The notes under the pieces were generated by a model. It worked only from the letters and a program-made list of their open reading frames with translations. It ran no database searches and was not told where the DNA came from. From NCBI GenBank assembly GCA_046050355.1, contig JBJOPW010000005.1, forward strand, positions 2,503 through 66,502: 64,000 nucleotides of DNA, read 5' to 3'. The DNA comes from Candidatus Parcubacteria bacterium. GTDB taxonomy: Bacteria; Patescibacteriota; Minisyncoccia; Phycocordibacterales; UBA918. This document shows positions 39,855-46,941 of this stretch, one piece after another; position 1 is the first letter of the stretch; each line of letters starts with the position of its first letter. The position numbers were made by a program, and so were the translations under genes.

Positions 39855-41156
39855 CTATTGTGTCAAGAGTGTTGCCACTTCTGTTACTGCTCCGGCCCCT
39901 ATGACTAAAACCACTTCTTTCTTCTCGTACGAGAGAGAATCTTTGACTGCTTGGGCACAGGCGGGGATAGTTTGATAGACAGTACAAGGGATACCCTTGG
40001 TCACTATTGCAGCGGCAAGTTTTTCGCTCGTCACTCCCCAGGTGTTTTCTTCGCGGGCCGCATAAATTGGTAGTAGTGATACCTCATCAGCGGTCGCGAG
40101 CACGGTCACAAAATCATCAAATAATTCAGCGGTGCGAGAGTACGTATGTGATTGAAAAACCACCTTAAGTCGATGATCTGGGTAGAGCTCACGCACACCG
40201 GCAAAGGTAGCCCGAAGCTCAGTTGGGTGGTGTCCGTAGTCATCGTACACGGGAGCGCCATTCACTTCCCCTTTGTATTCAAAGCGGCGCCAGGTTCCCG
40301 CAAACCACTCGAGCGCCTCGTTCACCTTCGCGGTCTCTACTCCCACGAACTCAGCGGCCGTACGCGCTGCGGCTGCATTCATACGATTATGCATGCCCGG
40401 GTGACGGAGTTTAAGACCGAGGTCTATCTGTGGACGGTAATCGATAATGTTGGTCTGAAGCCCGGCGAGTACCGGCGCAATATTCGGATCAGTCACGTTC
40501 GCTACAATCGCTCCATTTTCGGGAACCTTGAGCGCGAGCTCGCGAAAGGCACTCTGCACATCAGCGAGGTCCTTGTAGTAATCAACATGCTCATACTCGA
40601 TGTTGGTGATGATGAGCACATCCGGCTCGAGGTGGAGATAATCTCGTTTGTACTCACACGCTTCGACCACCGCATACTTACTCTTCCCTGCTCTAAAGTT
40701 ACTCTTCGTTTTACTCCGGAGTGAACCAACAATCCCTGTTGGATCAAGTCCAGCCTCTTCGAGGATATCAATGGTCATCGCCGTTGTGGTGGTCTTACCA
40801 TGACTCCCCGCTATCGCAATGAGGTAGTATTCGTTTGCTACCTGACCAAGCGCCTCGAAATAATTCATCATTGGCACCCCAAGCGCCCGCGCTGCCACCA
40901 TCTCTGGATGGTCATGCGGCATCGCTTCAGTATATACAACAATATCAATCGGATACTCAGAATCTAAATTACTACTATATATCGTAGTATTTTCCTGATT
41001 GTAATTAATCACAATACCGAGCTCCTCAAGACCATGTGTAATAAGACTGGCTTCCCGATCACTGCCGGTCACGACCGCACCCTCATGGTGCCAAAACCGA
41101 GCCAAGGCACTCATGCCAATCCCGCCAATACCGATAAAGTGAATATGTTTACTCAT
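39855..41156 (-). CDS. murC: UDP-N-acetylmuramate--L-alanine ligase
   Basis: HFIGIGGIGMSALA, AGSHGKTTTT, VEACEY, DDYGHHPTE and HTYSRT motifs. Confidence 0.96.
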   Translation of the reverse strand: MSKHIHFIGIGGIGMSALARFWHHEGAVVTGSDREASLITHGLEELGIVINYNQENTTIYSSNLDSEYPIDIVVYTEAMPHDHPEMVAARALGVPMMNYFEALGQVANEYYLIAIAGSHGKTTTTAMTIDILEEAGLDPTGIVGSLRSKTKSNFRAGKSKYAVVEACEYKRDYLHLEPDVLIITNIEYEHVDYYKDLADVQSAFRELALKVPENGAIVANVTDPNIAPVLAGLQTNIIDYRPQIDLGLKLRHPGMHNRMNAAAARTAAEFVGVETAKVNEALEWFAGTWRRFEYKGEVNGAPVYDDYGHHPTELRATFAGVRELYPDHRLKVVFQSHTYSRTAELFDDFVTVLATADEVSLLPIYAAREENTWGVTSEKLAAAIVTKGIPCTVYQTIPACAQAVKDSLSYEKKEVVLVIGAGAVTEVATLLTQ

Positions 41157-41179
41157 AGTGTCATATTATAGCATATATG

Positions 41180-41518
41180 CTATATATCATCATATACCTT
41201 CTTAATATAGAAACGTAAGGTGCGTTCTTTTAATAATTCTTCGTTGGTCAGTTCAGGATCATCCATGATAACCCAAGCGAGCGCTTCCGCTTTAGTATAA
41301 CCAGCGCATTTCAATAACAAAAAAGTTTCTATAGCCCAAGATTCTGAGCCGTATTCCGCTTTTATCATTGCTGCAACACGCTTGTCATTTACTTCGATGT
41401 CTTCGTTACATATTACCTCTTCAAGCTCCCCAATCATTGCCATTGCTTGCTGACAAATAGTTTGCTCATCAAAACCATCAGCTTGTAATTCTGTCCGGTA
41501 GTCGGTTAAAACCCCCAC
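41180..41518 (-). CDS. Hypothetical acidic protein (start uncertain; the frame is open back to the murD stop)
   Basis: AT-rich ORF between murD and murC. Confidence 0.55.
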   Translation of the reverse strand: MGVLTDYRTELQADGFDEQTICQQAMAMIGELEEVICNEDIEVNDKRVAAMIKAEYGSESWAIETFLLLKCAGYTKAEALAWVIMDDPELTNEELLKERTLRFYIKKVYDDI

Positions 41519-41611
41519 TGGATTACTAGCAAATTCTAATGCAAAAAAATACCCTGACTCACGGTCGATAAGAAATTTTTGCTCAGCACTTACAAAGTTG
41601 ATTTGAAGTAT

Positions 41612-43006
41612 TCATTCATACCATTTTTTAATCAACTGCATAAACTCATCATTCCGTTCATATTCATTTTTATACTGTGAGAACGAAGCGAAAGCTGGAC
41701 TAAATAGGATGATGTCGCCGTTTTGCGCAAGACGGGTCGCTTCAGCAAACGCGGTCTTGAGGTCAGGCAGTACTGAGACGCCAACTTCCCCGCCATCGAG
41801 GTACGAGAGGAGGTTATCGGTACCAGAGCCGGGAATCAATAAGACAATTTTGCAGTGCTGAGTAACTGCGTACGCCAGATTGGTCACGTCGATATTTTTG
41901 TCGGCACCACCAGCAATCAGGATGATATTGCGGTTTCCGAGATCAAGCGCCTCAAGCGCTGCAGTCGTCGCCTGCGGTGTGGTCGCATTATTATCGTTGT
42001 AGATACGAACATTGTCTTTGGTCGCAACGAGTTGTAAGCGTCCTTCAACCCCCGGGAAGGTAGCGAGGCCGTCGAATATTGCTTCGTCATCGAGTCCTAC
42101 CGCTTTAAGGGCTTCATACGCGAGCGCCGCATTGAGACGATTATGTTCACCCGGCATTGAGAGGAGCATGTCCTCGGGCAATACTGAGGTATCCGCGAGC
42201 ACGAGCTCCTGACCAATCGTTTCGTTTGGCAAGACCTGCTTCACCCATTCAAAGACCTCGGGTGTGGTCACAAAGGTTCCACTCTCCTCCTGGTGCAAAA
42301 ATATCTGCGCCTTATCGGTGAAATAGGCGGCCATCGCTCGATCTCTCTTCTCCCCCTCACTCATACCTAGGACATCGGATGTCCTAGGTAGGTAGTAGTT
42401 GAGGTGATCTTCCATAAAGCTCGTGAAGACAGCGATTTGCGGGCTGATACCGGCCCACCCCCAGCCCTGGAGCTGCCAAGAGTCGAGCTCCATCACACAA
42501 AGTGAATCTTCTTTGACTTCATTGAGGAGCTGTAGGTTTGATACACCCCGGATGTTGCCACCAAGCAAAATCTTTTCGCCCGTGACATACGTGAGTACGT
42601 GGTGAATCATCATCGTGACCGTACTCTTCCCCCGCGTACCGGTGACGCCAATCACCGGCACGCCGGAGAGTTCGGCGAACAACGCCGCACTTTGTACCAA
42701 ACGTACGCCCGCTTTCTGGCACTCAAGCAGTACCGGTTCATCAAGTGGTGCCCCGGCACCAACGAGCACGAAGTCCGCATCTTTAAAATCAGCAAAATCA
42801 TACGGGCCAAATTTCCAGGAAATATTTGGATACCGGCTCAGCTGATCAACCGCTGGCTGCATTACCTCCTGAGTGGCTGCGTCCACGACGAGCACCTCAG
42901 CCCCAGCTTCCGCCAGGTACGCCGTGTCCCCAATCCCTCGCCCGAGCAAACCGATACGCATCACGGTCACCCGTTTACCCTTGAAGTAATCACTGAAACT
43001 TTTCAT
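41612..43006 (-). CDS. murD: UDP-N-acetylmuramoylalanine--D-glutamate ligase
   Basis: GVTGTRGKST, GGNI, ELDSWQL, DHLNYY, LIAGGADK and FSPAFASF motifs. Start at MKSFSD. Confidence 0.95.
   Translation of the reverse strand: MKSFSDYFKGKRVTVMRIGLLGRGIGDTAYLAEAGAEVLVVDAATQEVMQPAVDQLSRYPNISWKFGPYDFADFKDADFVLVGAGAPLDEPVLLECQKAGVRLVQSAALFAELSGVPVIGVTGTRGKSTVTMMIHHVLTYVTGEKILLGGNIRGVSNLQLLNEVKEDSLCVMELDSWQLQGWGWAGISPQIAVFTSFMEDHLNYYLPRTSDVLGMSEGEKRDRAMAAYFTDKAQIFLHQEESGTFVTTPEVFEWVKQVLPNETIGQELVLADTSVLPEDMLLSMPGEHNRLNAALAYEALKAVGLDDEAIFDGLATFPGVEGRLQLVATKDNVRIYNDNNATTPQATTAALEALDLGNRNIILIAGGADKNIDVTNLAYAVTQHCKIVLLIPGSGTDNLLSYLDGGEVGVSVLPDLKTAFAEATRLAQNGDIILFSPAFASFSQYKNEYERNDEFMQLIKKWYE
42364..42390. 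repeat. 27-bp palindrome inside murD
   Basis: tacctaggacatc-g-gatgtcctaggta: perfect 13-bp arms, encoding YLPRTSDVLG. Confidence 0.8.
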
Positions 43007-43078
43007 ACGAATATCCACTAGAGTACTCAAAAAAATGAAGGGTGTCGAGCATGTGCTCAACCCCTTCAGTAGCGCTTA

Positions 43079-43372
43079 TCACGGAGTAACTCCCAAATGC
43101 GCCAGAGCGATCTCATGTCTTGACACAAACGAGACGCGGTCGAGCATTTGCTCCAATAGCATGCGCATGGTCGATTGCACGGTAGTAGCTCCACAATCGT
43201 GGAGAACAACCGCACTCCGTCCTTTAATTGCTGCACTCAACTGTTCGAGCGCACAAGACAAGTCCTTATCTACTTCCCATATCGCCGCCACGATGAGATA
43301 CTCAGCGAGACTCACTTGACGATGTGCGATACAAATCAGCATCTCTCCCTCCTGCGTGACATCAACCTGCAT
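43079..43372 (-). CDS. Hypothetical protein
   Basis: 97-aa ORF filling the gap; no motif. Confidence 0.4.
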   Translation of the reverse strand: MQVDVTQEGEMLICIAHRQVSLAEYLIVAAIWEVDKDLSCALEQLSAAIKGRSAVVLHDCGATTVQSTMRMLLEQMLDRVSFVSRHEIALAHLGVTP

Positions 43373-43420
43373 GTAAGAACTTCCAAATAGACAAAAAAGT
43401 AACTATGATACACTAGGAGT

Positions 43421-43615
43421 ATGGCAAAACGTTCACTCGAACAATACCGCGTCTTCCCATATATTGCTTGGACACTCGTAGGAGCGTTCGCTTTTTTTGT
43501 GTATACGCTCACCCTTGAACTCACGACTACGACGAGTAATCTGGCTACTACCCAAAATCACCTTGAAGCAAGAGCTAATCAAGATCCTGCTACTATTACC
43601 GACTTCTCACGGTAG
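43421..43615 (+). CDS. Small single-TM protein
   Basis: FPYIAWTLVGAFAFFVY TM segment; TGATACACT 6 nt upstream of the ATG. Confidence 0.65.
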   Translation: MAKRSLEQYRVFPYIAWTLVGAFAFFVYTLTLELTTTTSNLATTQNHLEARANQDPATITDFSR

Positions 43616-43635
43616 CACATGGTACACTACCAATA

Positions 43636-44211
43636 ATGGCCAAACGACAGAGACAAGTCTTCTCCCTCGTCGCACTACTCACCGTGCTTATGAGTGTCGG
43701 CATCGGTGCGCTTTTTTTTGCCGAATATTTACTCCGTCACCCTGATCTCCAAGCACAGATCGCCTCGCTCGGGTACGCAGGCGTGGTTGTCATCGCCACC
43801 ATCGCTGGTCTCAATATTATTCTCCCTATCCCCGCGGTAACCTTTACTCCTATTTTTGTAGCGGCTGGCCTCAGCCTCCCAGGAATCATTTTTGCATTGA
43901 CTATTGGCACATTACTCGCTGACTTTCTCGGGTACTTATTTGGTCGCATTAGTCGTGATACCCTTACGACAAAATATCCAAAAATAATTCACCGCCTGAG
44001 AGACATACACAAACACCATCGCCAGTGGCTACTCCCAATAATTTTTTTGTTTGCCGCTTTTGTGCCACTACCAAATGAAGCGCTCATATTGCCACTGGCA
44101 GTACTTGGCATCTCGTGGAAAAAAATGGCACTGCCGCTATTTCTTGGTAACCTAGTCAACCAAACTATTTACGCGTACGGCATGCACACTGTCTTTCGAC
44201 TGTTGTTTTAA
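43636..44211 (+). CDS. DedA/VTT (SNARE-associated) membrane protein
   Basis: ILPIPA, IGTLLADFLGYLFGR and FVPLPNE motifs. Confidence 0.8.
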   Translation: MAKRQRQVFSLVALLTVLMSVGIGALFFAEYLLRHPDLQAQIASLGYAGVVVIATIAGLNIILPIPAVTFTPIFVAAGLSLPGIIFALTIGTLLADFLGYLFGRISRDTLTTKYPKIIHRLRDIHKHHRQWLLPIIFLFAAFVPLPNEALILPLAVLGISWKKMALPLFLGNLVNQTIYAYGMHTVFRLLF

Positions 44212-44226
44212 TAATAGGCACTGTAA

Positions 44227-44781
44227 AAGCCCCTGTCCGCGCTCTAGGTTAAAACAGTTTGGGAAACTGTTTCAAAACCTTGACTACCGTTTCAGGAATA
44301 CTTGAACTGAAACGGTGACAAGGTGTACTGCGACTGTAAGTCGGCGAACCTATCTCCTTACAGGAGCAGTACACCATTTGGACTTTTCTGTTCGCACTCT
44401 CCAGAAAATTCTCAAATGGTCCTAAAACAGTTTCCCAAACTGTTTTAGCCTTTCGAGTGAGCCAGTTTGGGAAACTGGCGCAAGACTCGTCTAGTATCTT
44501 TTGAGCCGAGCGAAAAAAGAGACAGACGAGTAGACAGCTCCTGTAAGGAGTCAGTCGAATGCTCTTGAAAATGTTCTTTTGCGTTTTTTGTCCGCGCTCT
44601 AGGATTCGAACCTAGGACCTTTCGAGTATCAGTCGAATGCTCTAGCCAACTGAGCTAAGCGCGGACAAAAGAAACAAAAAGAACATTTTAGCCAACCCTA
44701 TCATCTCATAAATATCGATGATTCGCTTCGCGACCGGAAAAATTGCTATCCGCAATTTTTAGCTCGCACATACAGGGGCTT
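44227..44781 (-). ncRNA. Structured tRNA-Ile-derived shell enclosing the intact tRNA-Ile
   Basis: Collinear exact tRNA-Ile segments at 44234-44248, 44421-44424, 44449-44458, 44551-44565 and 44690-44696, separated by hairpin inserts; terminal inverted repeat aagcccctgt/acaggggctt. Confidence 0.6.
44591..44664 (-). tRNA. tRNA-Ile(GAT), CCA not encoded
   Basis: Full cloverleaf: CCGCGCT TA GCTC AGTTGGCTA GAGC A TTCGA CT-GAT-AC TCGAA AGGTC CTAGG TTCGAAT CCTAG AGCGCGG A. Confidence 0.95.
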
Positions 44782-44806
44782 CTAATTCCCTCTGTTTGTG
44801 TGCGGT

Positions 44807-44815
44807 ACTATAGCA
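44807..44815 (-). promoter_or_regulatory. Extended -10 promoter upstream of the tRNA-Ile unit
   Basis: TGCTATAGT on the minus strand, with AT-rich upstream DNA. Confidence 0.5.
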
Positions 44816-44837
44816 GATAATAATAAAAAATGTAAGG

Positions 44838-45173
44838 GTGCTGAGGCGCGGACTTGGTCACGAATAATTTTCTGGTAGAAAATTTTCTCGACCCCGCCTC
44901 ATAGTCGCAGAGCGACATATTCCGGCTTTCAAGTCCTCACGAAAGCAAAGCAGTTTGCTTTCTTCCTCGTCCCAACTTTCGCTTTGCTCAATTTGTGCCC
45001 AGGAGAGGACTTGGTCACGAATAATTTTCTGGTAGAAAATTTTCTCGACTCCGCCTCATAGTCGCAGAGCGACATATTCCGGCTTTCAAGTCCTCACGAA
45101 AGCAAAGCAGTTTGCTTTCTTCCTCGTCCCAACTTTCGCTTTGCTCAATTTGTGCCCAGGAGAGGACTTGAAC
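44838..45173 (-). repeat. Two 157-bp tandem repeats bounded by tRNA-Leu-type 3' ends
   Basis: ggacttg recurs at 44850, 45007 and 45164; the two units differ at one position seen (gaccccg/gactccg). Confidence 0.9.
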
Positions 45174-45447
45174 ATTACATGTTCAGTACAGGTTACTGGT
45201 ATTTTATTGAATACATAGTGCTGGAGAGAGGACTTGAACCTCCACACCTTGCGGCATACGCACCTGAAGCGCACGTGGCTACCAATTACACCACTCCAGC
45301 ACTATATCTTCAATTTATAAAATACCGATTAACCTCCTGCCATAATCTCCCAGATTATGGCAGCCTCCACACCTTGCGGTATACGCACCTGAAGCGCCGT
45401 TCGACAATATCCCATACTGTCTCACCTACCAATTACACCACCTAGGC
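45152..45447 (-). ncRNA. Outer interrupted tRNA-Leu(CAG) shell enclosing the intact tRNA-Leu
   Basis: 5' part at 45364-45447 and T-loop/3' acceptor at 45152-45173. Its acceptor strands GCCTAGG/CCTGGGC pair with each other, not with the inner tRNA. Confidence 0.65.
45219..45300 (-). tRNA. tRNA-Leu(CAG), CCA not encoded
   Basis: GCTGGAG TG GTGTAATTGGTAGCCAC G TGCGC TT-CAG-GT GCGTA TGCCGCAAGGTGT GGAGG TTCAAGT CCTCT CTCCAGC A, with a long variable arm. Confidence 0.95.
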
Positions 45448-45512
45448 AATGTCCGAGATTGTACAATAAAGATGTAATAAAACAAAGTACACCATAGAAA
45501 ATTCGCTTGAAC

Positions 45513-45552
45513 GCCAGCTTTTTAATGCGATATATCGCACTAAAAAGCTGGC
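45513..45552. terminator. Long inverted repeat
   Basis: gccagcttttta-a-tgcgat-at-atcgca-c-taaaaagctggc. Confidence 0.5.
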
Positions 45553-45788
45553 AATAGTAGGTGATTTAGTAACAAAAAAGCTGCCGGGACCAGATATCCA
45601 GGCAGCGGGAAGCGGCAGATTCCGCCTCCTTACATCAATGTGTATGTACCCCATACTAGACACATGAGCACAAAAGCCCAAAAGCCCAAGTGTGCCAGGG
45701 ATAGTGGCGGGCGAGATCAATCACCCGCCAGTGGAGAGGTTCGCGGTTCAACCGCTCCCTCCCCTCCACCAAACTCCCACGCTCTGGT

Positions 45789-46061
45789 CTACCTTTCGGC
45801 AAGGTAGACCTCCTCGCTGATCGCAAAGCGCGTCGGGAGGGAACCGCAGGGCAGTACCTCCTCCCCGTTCAAGCCGGTCGGCTGGATTTCGTAGAGGCAC
45901 TCCCCACGATGCATGACCGCGTAAGGCTGCATCACCAAGAAATAGAACCCGCCAAACGGCAGAACGGCGCACAGAGCGCTCCAGGCCAGTGCCGAGCGGA
46001 TGCGTCCACGCTGCGACCGAGGGATGTTCAACCTGTACGGGCCATTATCAAACTTTTCCAT
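45789..46061 (-). CDS. GC-rich hypothetical single-TM protein
   Basis: MEKFDNGP..., preceded by GAGGAG and a TTGACT-N16-TATAAT promoter (46133-46160). Confidence 0.6.
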   Translation of the reverse strand: MEKFDNGPYRLNIPRSQRGRIRSALAWSALCAVLPFGGFYFLVMQPYAVMHRGECLYEIQPTGLNGEEVLPCGSLPTRFAISEEVYLAER

Positions 46062-46213
46062 ACTCTGTCTCCTCAATACTGCTCACTCTTTGGTGAGTCA
46101 GTGTTGTGCGACACCATGTCACACCTGGTAAAATTATACACAAAAATGGCTAAAAGTCAATGATTCCCCAATTCGCACGTGAAAAAAGCCCGAAAATGCG
46201 CTATAGTATGCGC

Positions 46214-46675
46214 ATGTCAATGGGACTTGCATTACTCACGGTTTTGGTGATTGTTATCGGCATCAGTATGGCGTCGAGCCCAAGCGGTCTACAGGATGTC
46301 TTGCCGGCCTTGCTTGGCTTTTTTAACTCATACCTCATACCATTCCTCCTTGGTATAGCATTTCTCGTTTTTATCTGGAATGCGATTCGCTTCTTTGTCA
46401 TTAATGGCGCCACGGACGAAGGTCGCGAGAATGCCAAAAACCTTGCCCTCTATAGTCTTGGTGCTTTTATTTTTGTACTTTCGTTTTGGGGTATCATCAA
46501 TATTTTCACAAACGGTCTCGGCCTCGATAATTGTAGTAATGATGTCGTACCGGACTATCTGAGCGACGATTATAAGAGCCTAGCCCCCTGTACTTCTCCA
46601 CGCCCACAGCCAAACCCAAACAATACCAATAACTCAGGTTCTTCCGGTGGTCTTCCACCGCTCATTGATACATAA
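46214..46675 (+). CDS. CPR pilin-like (TrbC/VirB2-type) membrane protein
   Basis: YLIPFLLGIAFLVFIWNAIRFF..G..EGRENAK..Y.LGAFIFVLSFWGII pattern; TATAGT 6 nt upstream. Confidence 0.7.
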   Translation: MSMGLALLTVLVIVIGISMASSPSGLQDVLPALLGFFNSYLIPFLLGIAFLVFIWNAIRFFVINGATDEGRENAKNLALYSLGAFIFVLSFWGIINIFTNGLGLDNCSNDVVPDYLSDDYKSLAPCTSPRPQPNPNNTNNSGSSGGLPPLIDT

Positions 46676-46688
46676 TCAGCCAGACACA

Positions 46689-46727
46689 ACAAAACCACCA
46701 AATGATCTTGTCCTTTGGTGGTTTTGT
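46689..46727. terminator. Bidirectional terminator between the pilin gene and the 16S transcript
   Basis: acaaaaccaccaaa...tttggtggttttgt. Confidence 0.65.
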
Positions 46728-46941
46728 ATCATCACAGCACATATTTATATGTATACAAAAAGCAATCGCTTCGTCTGCTCTTTTGTCTTATCCTTTGGCC
46801 TAGGTCTTTCCCTAGTTGTCTGATACCACTTCAGAGTGTTCTGTATCGTCTACTCATTAGGTAGTCAATTGAGCTACCTAATATCGACCAATTAGCCGTT
46901 ATGTGCAATCTTGTTACCAAGATGCAACGACGTGTCCAATT

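Noticed and set aside
41612-41614. UGA recoding (genetic code 25) as the explanation for the murD in-frame extension
   Set aside because: murB and several GT4, VirD4-like and oxidoreductase genes end at TGA at plausible lengths, and no conserved gene is broken by an internal TGA.
44838-45173. CRISPR array
   Set aside because: The spacers would be identical, the period is 157 bp, and there are no cas genes.
45086-45445. ORFs 45152-45445 (+) and 45086-45274 (-)
   Set aside because: They are translations of tRNA and repeat sequence (PRRGLE is the antisense T-arm).
44227-45447. Group I/II intron or prophage att site as the explanation for the tRNA fragments
   Set aside because: I recognised no intron core, the inserts are short and at non-canonical sites, and there is no integrase or phage gene in the window. 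A remote att origin cannot be fully excluded.
45595-45622. SRP RNA-like CAGG...GGAAGCGGC
   Set aside because: The domain IV stem and tetraloop spacing do not fit.
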